Shown here piece after piece: positions 1 to 10,757 of a DNA stretch of 64,000 nt. How positions within the stretch are numbered: position 1 is the first letter of the stretch; the number at the start of each line of letters is the position of its first letter. The translations under genes and the position numbers were made by a program. The DNA is taken from NCBI GenBank assembly GCA_973895155.1, contig OZ316893.1:20940955-21004954 (forward strand), written 5' to 3'. Source of the stretch: Marsupella aquatica (lineage: Eukaryota > Plantae > Marchantiophyta). The notes beneath the pieces were generated by a model. It made no database searches. It was given only the letters and a program-made list of their open reading frames with translations, and was not told where the DNA came from.

Positions 1-349
1 TGAATGTAAGGGATAGGGTATGTTAATTAGATCAATGAATGAAGGTCGGGTACCATTAATAAGTAAATAGTGCATAGTCTCATATAGAGTAGTTAAGTCG
101 CCTGTGTGTTTTAGAAGTGACTAAACAGTAAGGGAGTGTGAGACACTAGTAGAGTGAGATGCTAACTACCATCCATCAAATAATCTCACACATTCTTTTC
201 ACAGTAAGTAATTTACTTGCAAAGTCTCATTTATTGCCCAATGCAAGCTTGTTGATAATATTGGGCTTGTAGGAAGGCACAGCCAGAGGCACGGTAGATT
301 TTTTTAATCAAAAGTAAATTATTATTATTTTTGCGTGAACCCCACAGAC

Positions 350-713
350 TGTTAGGTTATGCCTCTAATATAATCTATATACTTCCATAGTACTAGCTAG
401 ACTTCAGCAGACTATTCATGATAGCACTAGTTGAGTTCAGGTTCCCATAGACCATGGGAGGGGGTATACCTAAGGGGAACACAAACTTGTGCTCACACTT
501 GACGGTTCACTCTAGAGGAGAGAGAGAGTGAGAGAGTGAGAGGAGGAGCTCTAGCACGTTGGCTATGGCGGGTGTAATCATTTTGCATTAGTGGATTTCT
601 CTCACGATTGTGGACGTAGCCCAGATGGGGGGAACCATGTACTTTCTGTGTTGGAATCTATGGATAAATGTTCACACATGTTGGTGTTATCTCGTCTAGA
701 TCATATCCCAACA
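350..713 (+). mobile_element. Solo LTR, Ty1/copia-type (distant relative of the family below)
   Basis: Termini TGTTAGG...CCCAACA flanked by 5-bp direct repeat CAGAC (345-349, 714-718). Contains the family motif GTGGACGTAGCC...GAACCA (609-639). No PBS or PPT adjacent. Confidence 0.85.
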
Positions 714-1801
714 CAGACGAGAACACAGTCGGGGAAACAGACAATGAAACCCAAAGGCAACAAGCCACAAAGGGCAATGGGACAGTAGAGTTTGAAAGTG
801 GCAAACTAATATGACGTCTCCTTTTGAGAGTCCCTTCAAGATAGAGAAGGGAACCAATCTAGTGGAGAGCACTATCAGATCAACCATATTCAGATGATTA
901 ATCCAGGGCAGTTGATGAACTATAAAGAAATATACTATTATATGTTAAAGCTGAAAAGGTAGGACAACCTCAAAGGTTGGTAACGTACATCATATCCGGG
1001 CATCATATACTAGTAGTAGAATTAGATAACTAGTAGCCACCTCAATTGGAGAAAGATGACCTAACTCCACTTCCTAAAATCCTGATCTGCTCCTCCTCTA
1101 GTAATGCTTGGCGTGACAAGTAGGTCTCATGTGTTTCTTGTTCAGTCAGATGTTCTTGTCACCACAGTGAGGTGGTCAAGAGCTTCCAAAATGAAAAGTA
1201 TTGGGTCAAAAGTCTGACGTTTGAACGGGCAAGGAGGGTGAGGCCCTTGGGCAAGGCATATAGGCACATAGCGCCTTCCCTAGCCTGCATGTCCGCCCCC
1301 ATGCCCATCCTGCATGCTTTGATATTTATGCCCATGTCTAGATTAAGAAAAACTAAGTATATTAACTCCTTTAATATTCCAAAATTCAATAAACAAAATT
1401 AAAAAATAAAATATTCCAAATTTTGGTTTTTTTTTAAATTATCTTCCCTTATAAATATAAAAAATAATTGGATTTAAAAAACCCAAAAGTTCCTAAACAA
1501 ATCTTTGTAAGTCTTTCTTCAGAAACTATAAAATGACCTTGTGCTTGTTGCACATGATATGTTATTCTTGCCAAAGTGAAACCCCTGATGTATCATAATG
1601 ATAAAGACAAAAATCACAAAATTTATCCTCAACAGCTCAATTTCATTCCCGTCAGGATCCAAAAGACAGTTTTAACACACTTTGAGAGTTTTATGCCAAC
1701 TAATATGAGGTCGGAGGAATATTTATAGACTGTCTCTCCCATGTCCTAAGCAATTTAGCTGCTATGCTCATAATGATGTGGGTGACACTCGCGTCCACGA
1801 G

Positions 1802-2276
1802 TGTTGGGTATTTACTCTTACGTCTAGGTTAGGTATGACGTGGTTGGTACAACAACGTGGGTTGGTACAACTACGTGGTTAGGTACAACTATGTGATTAG
1901 GTACAACTATGTGGTTAGGTACAACTACGTGATTAGGTACAACTATGTGGTTAGGTACAACTACGTGAATAGGTACAACTATGTGGTTAGGTACAACTAT
2001 GTGGTTAGGTACAACTAAGTTGCACACTATATCATAAGAGGCATGTGTGCTTGGAGAGGTAGAACCAAGGCTCATTGTTATGGAGCCACTTGAGAGATAG
2101 GGAGAGCTTACACTGTGGAGACTCGGTATAGCCGACGGGCTTAGAGTTCAGTAAAGTTCTCTTGTGTGTTCCCGTGGACGTAGCCTCAAGGAGATGAACC
2201 ACGTATCTCTTGTGTCGACTATTGTGCGTTGGATGGTTCATGGGCTTGCCGTTGCGATCGTCGTCTATGCTCAACA
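1802..2276 (+). repeat. 5' LTR of element 1
   Basis: Direct repeat of 7193-7667. TATA-like CTATAT near 2027 follows the U3 tandem array. Confidence 0.97.
1838..2016 (+). repeat. 18-bp tandem array (10 units, consensus AYGTGGTTAGGTACAACT) in LTR U3; also at 7229-7407
   Basis: Read directly. It explains the spurious VVPNHI-repeat ORFs on the minus strand. Confidence 0.95.
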
Positions 2277-2278
2277 AT

Positions 2279-2290
2279 TGGTATCAGAGC
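2279..2290 (+). promoter_or_regulatory. Primer-binding site complementary to the initiator tRNA-Met 3' end
   Basis: TGGTATCAGAGC, 2 nt downstream of the 5' LTR. Confidence 0.95.
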
Positions 2291-2847
2291 ATGCTTGGGA
2301 GGTGACGTGTGTTCGTGACGGGATTTCATGACGGTTTTTCCAGCGTTGAGTGTTGGTGGATTTTCCAGAGTTCCATCGCATGGAACTTGGAGTTTATGGG
2401 CTCAACGGATAGATCAGGGCAAGAGCTTTCTAACGGTGTGAAGAAATCGTTGAACGGAGCTCGTGGTGCAGAGAGATCTAAGTTTTCGTCGTTCTGGATT
2501 TTGTGAAGAAAGTTGGCAATCGACTCGGAGGGAGAAGCGTCAAGTGTTTTGACTCAACGGAGAGATTGAGGCAAGACGATTGTTTTTGAGTCCGGGATTG
2601 GCTCTTTGATGCAAAGAGGAAGGCTAAGCAAAATCAATTACCTTGTTGGACTTGGTGACGGCACCAAGTGCAATTGATCAACATTCGTTGTTGACAAGAC
2701 GTGGAACTTGAAGCACGAGGATCACCGCGGAGGTTTCAGGGGCAGAGAGAGGAGCAGGAGGAAGAGCACGTGACACCGATACCATCACCGGTGCGGCGTG
2801 TGGTGGAGGAAGCAGTACTACTACCGGAGCTCACGGTAAAGAAGAAG

Positions 2848-3704
2848 ATGGGGACTTTCAAGCTTGGGGGACCCAAGTATGAAGTGACAAAGTATGATGG
2901 GCGCTCTGACTACTTGCTATGGGAGAAGCAGGTGAAGGGAGTGCTCTATGCGTCAGGGATGGGCCAACTGCTGAGCCCTCGTAAGACGATGTTGATGAGA
3001 AACAATGGGACCGCATGCAGGAGCAGGGAGTGTGGTGTGTTACACTCTATCTCATGCCTCCCATCATCAAGCAGTTGGGTGCACATAAGGATTGCATGTC
3101 CTTGTTTGCGGAATTGCAGAGCAAGTATCACAGCAAGGAGTTGTCGAACCGGCTCTACACTTCCTACAAACTCATGAGTTTCAGGATGAAGGAATCCGGT
3201 ACAAAGTTGCAAGACCATGTGGATGCTTTCAACGACATGGTCGTTGACTTGGAAAACCTTGGGGAGACTTTGAATGATGAGACGAAGGCTCTGCAGCTTC
3301 TTAGTTCATTGCCTCCATCTTACCAGTCCCTATCACGAGTGTTGTTGCATCGTGATAGGGATACCATTTCATACAATGACGTGGTAAGTTCTCTGCTTAG
3401 TGATGATCTTCAGCAGAAGATGCACATCACATCACAGCCTTTATCATCTGGTGTTGCCTTCAATGTTAACCGTGGGAGGGGTATGCAGCGACCAACTGGG
3501 GACCGTAGAACCCAGTTTAGATCTAAATCCAGATCTAAGTCCAAGGGTAAATCCCCTCAGAGGAGGCAGGTGACATGTTGGAAGTGCAACCAAGTTGGAC
3601 ACTTCAAGCGAGACTATAAGGGAAAGGCAGCGGAAACTTCATCGGCAAATGTGGCTAGGGCTGATGGAGAAGCTGATTTACTCAATGATGAGTATGTTTT
3701 ATGA
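2848..3704 (+). pseudogene. gag: gag of element 1 (frameshift near 2980)
   Basis: MGTFKLGGPKYEVTKYDGRSDYLLWEKQVK, LLSSLPPSY, degenerate zinc knuckle CWKCNQVGHFKRDY. Ends EYVL-TGA. Confidence 0.9.
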
Positions 3705-6700
3705 AGCCGGGTGTATGCCCTGTGCACGTCATCTAGGAGAGTAGATGATGTGTGGATTCTTGATTGTGCTTGCTCTTTTCATATTTGATACATTCGTGAG
3801 TTTTTCAGTTCTTACTCTATTTCAAACGGTTCAGTTCTGATGGGAAATGATCACTCCTGTCAAATTGAGGGAATTGGGTCTGTGAAGATTCAAATGTTTG
3901 ATGGCGCTGTGCGCACAGTGTCCGGAGTCAGGTATGTACCTGGCATGCGTAAGAATCTGATTTCACTCGGTGTGTTGGATTCAAATGGTCATCAATGGAG
4001 CGTTATTGATGGTGAACTTCAAGTCAGGTCAGGAGAGACAGTGATTTTGAAGGGGAGTAGACAAAAGAATTTATATGTGTTACAGGGCAATACTGTATGT
4101 GGAGAGGCCAATGTAACCAAGTCTCACGAGGAGATGACTCAACTGTGGCATTCACGGCTAGGCCACATGAGTGAGAAGGGTTTGGCTATCTTACGAAAGA
4201 ATGAACTCATTTCTGATTTGTAATCTTGTAAATTAGAGTTTTGTGAGCATTGCATTCTTGGAAAGTAGCATCGTTGTGCTTTTGGTGTTGGAACTCATCG
4301 TTCCAAAGCGGTTCTTGAGTACATACATAGTGACGTGTGGGGTCCATCCTCGACTCCCTCACACTCTGGAAAGTTGTACTATGTATCATTTATTGATGAT
4401 TACTCAAGATTTGTGTGGATTTATTTCATGACGCATAAGTCTGATGTCTTGTCCATTTTTAAGAAGTGGAAGGCCCAGGTGGAGAATCAGACTGGAAACA
4501 CGATCAAGTGTTTGGATACAAGGGTGAAGAGTCTGAGGTCAGACAACGGCGGGGAGTACACTTCAATGGAATTTGAAGAGTAAACTTCAATGGAATTTGA
4601 AGAGTACTGTTCAGAACAGGGGATAACTCGCCATCTCACCACAGTTTATACTCCGCAGCAGAATGGTGTCGCTGAGAGGCTCAATCGGACACTATTGGAG
4701 CGGTCACGGAGTATGTTGAGCCAATCAGGTTTACCACAAGAATTTTGGGCAGAAGCTGTCAATACCGCAGCTTATTTGGTAAATCTTTCTCCTTCTAGTG
4801 CTATCAATTTCAAAACGCTGTTTGAGATGCGCTATAAGCGGCAAGCAGACTATCATGGCTTGGTAATTTTTGGAAGTGATGCATATGCTCTCACACCAAA
4901 GCAGAATAGGACCAAGTTGGATCCTACCTCCAGGAAATGTGTTTTTCTTGGGTACCAGAGTGGTGTGAAAGCCTATAGGCTATGGGATCCTATTGCCTGT
5001 AAGCTCGTTGTCAGTAGGGATGTTTCCTTCAATGAATCCAGATTATTGAAGGAGGGGGAGAATACTCAGGTCTCCCGTACTGACAAAGGAAAATCTCCTA
5101 TCCCGGATCTCGTTGAGGGGGAGATTGGTTATGAGATGCATGACCGGAGAGAAGGAGTTGCTCCAATTATGGAGCTGGTTCCTATGCCAGAGGAACCAGA
5201 GGAGTTTGTTGATGCTGGTGAGCAACAAGTGGATGCTGTTGAGCTTCAAATTGTACCAGCACACGCAGATCAACCGGAGTCATCGACTAGAAGAACATCT
5301 GGTCGCACTGTACACGCTCCATCAAGGTATGGACAGTGGGTTGATTCATCTCAACTGCAAGAGGATGATTTTACAGCTGATGATGAGGGTGATGCGTTAA
5401 TTTTGGAAGAAGGAGAACCTTCTTCATTTCATGAGGCAAGTACTTCAAAGGAGAAGCAGAAGTGGACTGCAGCAATGCAAACGGAGATGCAGTCACTAAA
5501 GGACAACAAAACTTGGGAGCTTGTTAAGCTGCCTAAGGGTCAGCAAGTGGTGGACAGCAAGTGGATTTACAAGCTGAAGGATAATTCCATAGGAGGTGGA
5601 TCGAAGGTCTACAAGGCTAGGTTGGTAGCAAAGGGATTCACACAAGAGAAAGGTGTGGATTATAATGAGGTCTTCTCACCAGTTGCTAAGTACTCTACAA
5701 TACGACTATTGTGTGTACTTGTTGTAATGTTTGGTCTGCTCCTAGATCAGATGGATGTTGTCACAGCTTTCCTCTATGGCACATTGGAAGAGGTGATCTT
5801 CATGAGACAACCGCTAGGTTTTGTGAAGAGAGGACAGGAGGAATTGGTTTGCAGATTGCTGAAATCCTTGTATGGGTTGAAGCAGTCACCAAGACAGTGG
5901 AACAAGCGGTTTGACGATTGGATTCGGTCACAAGGTTTTCACAGAAGTGTATTTGACCCTTGTGTGTATTTGAAACCGGTGAAGAATGTTGTCTTTGGGT
6001 TCATTGTTTTAGTACTTTATGTGGATGACATGCTAATTGCAGCCAAGGATAGGTCTGAGATTGTTAAGCTCAAGGCACTGCTTAGTGCAGAGTTTAAGAT
6101 GAAGGACTTAGGGCCAGCTAAGAGGATTTTGGGTATGGAGATCACTAGGGACTTGGAGGCTGGCAAGCTATGGTTGACGCAGAGCAGTTATGCGAGGAAG
6201 GTAATTGCAAGGTTCAACATGGAGAATAGCAAGCCAGTAAGTACCCCGTTGGCTCCACACTTCAAGTTATCATCAGCGTTCTGTCCTACGGATGACACAG
6301 AGAAGGGGTTGATGTCAAAGGTTCCATATAACAAGGCAGTGGGGAGTCTCATGTATTTGATGACTTGCACTAGACCTGATCTTGCCATGGCTATGGGCAA
6401 GGTGAGCAGGTACATGTCGAATCCAGGGAAGGTACACTGGGAAGCAGTGAAGTGGATTATCAGGTACTTGAAGGGTACCGTGGATCATGGTCTTTTATTT
6501 GATGCGAATGCAAAGAATGCTAGATCATTGATTGGCTATGTAGATTCTGACTATGGACAAGATTTGGACCGAAGGAGATCAACAACAGGATACGTGTTCA
6601 CACTTGGCAGTGGATGCATAAGTTGGAGGTCTACTTTGCAGAAGTGTATTGCTCAGTCTACTACAGAAGCGGAGTATGTTGCAGCTGCGGAAGCAGCAAA

Positions 6701-7001
6701 GGAAGCGATTTGGTTGGATAGACTTATCACTGAAATGGGATTGCCACAGGGGAATGTGAAGCTCCATTGTGATAGTCAAAGTGCGCTCCACCTTGCTGTG
6801 AACCAGGTGATGGACAGTAGAGTGAAGCACATTGACGTCAGGTACCATTTTATCAGGCAGGCTGTGTCTGATAATTTGTTTGAGCTAGTCAAGATTGATG
6901 GTAAACTCAACCCGGCTGACACATTTACCAAAGTGATTCCTTTGGAGAGTTTCTCTAGACACCGTGACGTATTGCAGGTTTTGCAATTGCATCACAAGTA
7001 G
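3705..7001 (+). pseudogene. pol: pol of element 1 (PR-INT-RT-RNaseH) with in-frame stops at 3786, 4221, 4266 and 4581
   Basis: WILDCACSFH protease; WHSRLGH, SDVWGP, RSDNGGEY, QQNGVAER integrase; QMDVVTAFL, SLYGLKQSPRQW, YVDDML RT; KHIDVRYHFIR RNase H. The 803-aa ORF 4590-7001 is uninterrupted. Confidence 0.95.
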
Positions 7002-7181
7002 AGTTTTCTTAAACATTCATTGTAATTACTGATATATGCTCTTCCTCATTCCTATGTATTAGGCTACGGCTTAGTTCTGGTTTGCTCTAGTTAGAGAGGG
7101 AAACCGGTTTGGTTTCTGTCCAGAACTTCCCGCTGAGGGATCATATACATTGGCAGTATTACTCTCCCCTAGACCAGAGTC

Positions 7182-7191
7182 AAGGGGAAGA
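7182..7191 (+). promoter_or_regulatory. Polypurine tract of element 1
   Basis: AAGGGGAAGA just before the 3' LTR. Confidence 0.9.
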
Positions 7192-7192
7192 T

Positions 7193-7667
7193 TGTTGGGT
7201 ATTTACTCTTACGTCTAGGTTAGGTATGACGTGGTTGGTACAACAACGTGGGTTGGTACAACTACGTGGTTAGGTACAACTATGTGATTAGGTACAACTA
7301 TGTGGTTAGGTACAACTACGTGATTAGGTACAACTATGTGGTTAGGTACAACTACGTGAATAGGTACAACTATGTGGTTAGGTACAACTATGTGGTTAGG
7401 TACAACTAAGTTGCACACTATATCATAAGAGGCATGTGTGCTTGGAGAGGTAGAACCAAGGCTCATTGTTATGGAGCCACTTGAGAGATAGGGAGAGCTT
7501 ACACTGTGGAGACTCGGTATAGCCGACGGGCTTAGAGTTCAGTAAAGTTCTCTTGTGTGTTCCCGTGGACGTAGCCTCAAGGAGGTGAACCACGTATCTC
7601 TTGTGTCGACTATTGTGCGTTGGATGGTTCATGGGCTTGCCGTTGCGATCGTCGTCTATGCTCAACA
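7193..7667 (+). repeat. 3' LTR of element 1
   Basis: Direct repeat of 1802-2276. Confidence 0.97.
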
Positions 7668-9383
7668 ACGAGTAGTTAATAAGTAAAAAGTAAATAAATG
7701 ATATGACACTAATGGATAGCAGAAAACAGTTTGAGCAAGTATGGCTAGCATGTTCCGACCATCACCACTCCATTTCATAGGCTAGTGGCAGAATTTAAGT
7801 ACAATAGTCTCCATCATACTAATCCTGAATTAAATGCCAAAATCCATCAGCTTTACTAATTTAGAAGAATTCATTGTAAGATAACTAAAAGTTCTTTCTG
7901 GCTTCAAGCAGTAGTGTCTAGGATACTTGAATTATCTTAGTGATTTTTAGTTTTGATGATTATGTAAATTTCCTCATATACTGGTGATCTTCCATATTTT
8001 TCAAGTCACAACACCGACTTTGATCTTTTAGCAAATCATGGCCACACACCAGCTCACACCAACATTTCATAACACATTCAAATGGATTGCTAAATGTCTT
8101 CTCTTTGCCTGATCACAATTATAAAATGAAACAATCATCAAATGAATTTCTATCAAAGCTGTCAACAAACAAAATAACATTATATAGTGTTGTTCAAAGT
8201 TGGAGATTGAAGGGGTCTCCTCCCTCTTATCCTTAGGAGTGAAGCCAAAATGGTGAATCTGAAAAGATCGAGACAACTCTTCAAATTCAAACTAACTAGA
8301 TAAAACTAACCTAAAAAATGTAAGCTAAAAGTGTCTAAATGAAAAGTTTCATGGAAGGGATGTAGACTTCAAACTAAACCTACTGTAAAACTAACTTTCA
8401 GAGTCTAACTATTCATATTAACACTGTGAAAAAGGTTTCTGGATTGAGCATTTCAATCACTACTATTTCCAGATTCCCTAAAGTACAAGCCATCATAACT
8501 TTGCTAATAAATAGAGATATACTCTTCAACATATTTGTGGGAGGGGTCATGAGCAGGGTTAACCACAACAAGGGGGTCAGGACGGAAGATAACTCCACTC
8601 AGTCCAGTCCATAAAGGTGATGGGCGGTTCAGCTTCCTGAAAGTCCTTCAATAACCTTCACATTCTTAATAAAATTCCAAAACTTCCATCTCTTATATAG
8701 CATGCTCATCCTGGAACATGCTTGGAGTTTTTTTTGTCTTGTAGTGATTTGAAAGTAAATAAAATATGAAAACATAACTGGAAGGATTGGTGCACAGTGA
8801 CCAATGAAAAGTACAATCAAGGATGCTAGGATTTGTGCACTTAATTCAATGTCCTCATGAATGACACTCATTTCAATAAAAACCATAAACTTAGGAAAGA
8901 TAGACATGAGGGGAACTTAAGACACAGTCATAATCATTTCTCTCATTCATGAGAATGTTCAAGTGGTGTGAGCCGTTCATTTCATCTCTAATAAATCACA
9001 AACATTAAAATTTATAAGGGGGCTGCCAAAATAAGTTCAAAATACTTTAGATACTAAAAATTAGAGGGGTCCATAAATTAATTAAAAATGTATATGATAC
9101 ACAGGCGCCCCTTGATAAGGCACATTGAAATAAAAATATGTGACATGAAAGGTCTGAATAAGTCAAAATCTGAAAGGTGGATTCACCATATAGCAGTTCC
9201 AACAATTTCTTACAAGCTAAGGTTGAGTAGAGGACACTTGGGGAAAGTTTGGGTGGCCAAAAGCGGAAGTCCAAACTGGTAAACAATAGCAGCATACCAA
9301 GGGAATAGAAAAGTTGAGTGAATACTTAAAGGTGAGTAGTTGAGTCCCCAAATTTACAGGTGGGATACCCATCACCAGTGTCA

Positions 9384-9676
9384 TGTTGGGGATAATTCAT
9401 ATCCCGAGACACCATGCACATGTGAACACCATACAAAGTAGTCGACACAACAAGTACGTGGTTCACCTCATGACCGAGGCTACGTCCACGGGAAAGCAAG
9501 AGACCTTTACTTCTCTTTTGCTACACTCCAACAATGAACTGAAGATCCACCAGGGATTGGCACCAGCCCTGGCTATATACACAACAACACTACCGCTAAC
9601 CTTAGCTAAGTCCTAACTTGAGTTAGACTAACTGCGCTTAACTATAGAGTCACAAGACTAAGAGCAATACCTAACA
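9384..9676 (-). mobile_element. Solo LTR, copia family
   Basis: TGTTGGG...CCTAACA with TSD TGTCA (9379-9383, 9677-9681). Family motif at 9457-9490 on the minus strand. Confidence 0.9.
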
Positions 9677-10221
9677 TGTCAAGTCTACAACACACATTAG
9701 GGAGAAAAACAATTTTTGGAGGGAATAAAAATTGGGTCCACCTGGAAATCCAACTTAATCATTAGCATGTGACCAAAGTGGAGGGAGAAATTGCTCCAGG
9801 AAGGCAGGTTCCTTTTGGGCTATTTAAGTCTTGTGTCATAAGCTAGGTGGGCTTTACAAGAAAGATGGGTCACTTTGGAGATATTCCTTTTAAATTAATC
9901 ACAGTCAGTCATATCAAGTGACTGGTTCACTTTGGGTTTATATAATATTTAGAGATCAATCACAATCCTACATGGTCCTGAATGGGTTCTCCAAAATGCT
10001 CATATGGGCAGTGTAGTTCTGACCAAAGACCACTTCTTGAGATGCTCTTTTGAAAGAAATCTTTTCATGATTGTCTTTTCTATTTTGTTAGTAGAGTGTT
10101 TTATGGGCTAAGTGATCACCTTCTTTGCACGGAGACAGTTCAACATTATGACATCTCAATACTTGACCTTACTAGGATAATGTCTTCCCATGAAACAAGA
10201 CTTATTTGAACTCCTGCATGG

Positions 10222-10564
10222 TGTTGAGCATAGACGATAATCGCAACGGTAAGCACATGACACATCCAACGCGCAAGTAGTCGACACAAGAGATACGTGG
10301 TTCACCTCCTCGAGGCTACGTCCACGGGAACACACAAGAGAGCTTTACTAAACTCTAAGCCCATCGGCCATACCAAGTCTTTACAGTGTAAGCTCTCCTC
10401 ATCTCTCAAGTGGCCCCATAACAATGAGCCTAAGTTCCACTTATCCAAGCAAACACCGCTTGGTATATAGTGTGCATCCTAGTTAACCTAACCACGTCTC
10501 CGACTACGGTTAGTCTAACTATGGTTACATGCCGTAACCCTAGACCTTGAGTAAATACCTAACA
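10222..10564 (-). repeat. 3' LTR of element 2
   Basis: Direct repeat of 16705-17047. Confidence 0.96.
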
Positions 10565-10757
10565 ATCTCCCCCTTGACTCTGGTCTAGGGGAGGGTAATA
10601 CTGCTAACCTATATGATCCCTCAGCGGGAAGTTCTGGACGAAAACCAACATGGTTTCCCCTCTCTGACTAGAGCAAACCAGAACTAAGCCGTAGCCTATT
10701 ACTAGGAGTGAAGAAGAGCATATATCAGTAATTACAGCGAATGTTAAGAAAAAACCC

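Larger units (their letters stand above)
1802..7667 (+). mobile_element. Full-length Ty1/copia LTR retrotransposon, Tork/Tnt1-like, coding-defective (element 1)
   Basis: 475-bp LTRs at 1802-2276 and 7193-7667 (TG...CA, one mismatch seen), TSD ACGAG (1797-1801, 7668-7672), PBS TGGTATCAGAGC, PPT, and domain order gag-PR-INT-RT-RH. Confidence 0.98.

Noticed and set aside
1824-2075. Repeat-protein ORF (VVPNHI)n, or a CRISPR-like array (also 7215-7466)
   Set aside because: It is the antisense reading of a head-to-tail 18-bp LTR repeat. There are no unique spacers or cas genes, and the context is eukaryotic.
7740-7925. Possible protein kinase remnant on the minus strand (LKPE..., LVKLMDFG, MVGT)
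   Set aside because: The motifs need several frameshifts and stops to join, so it is too decayed to support without a search.
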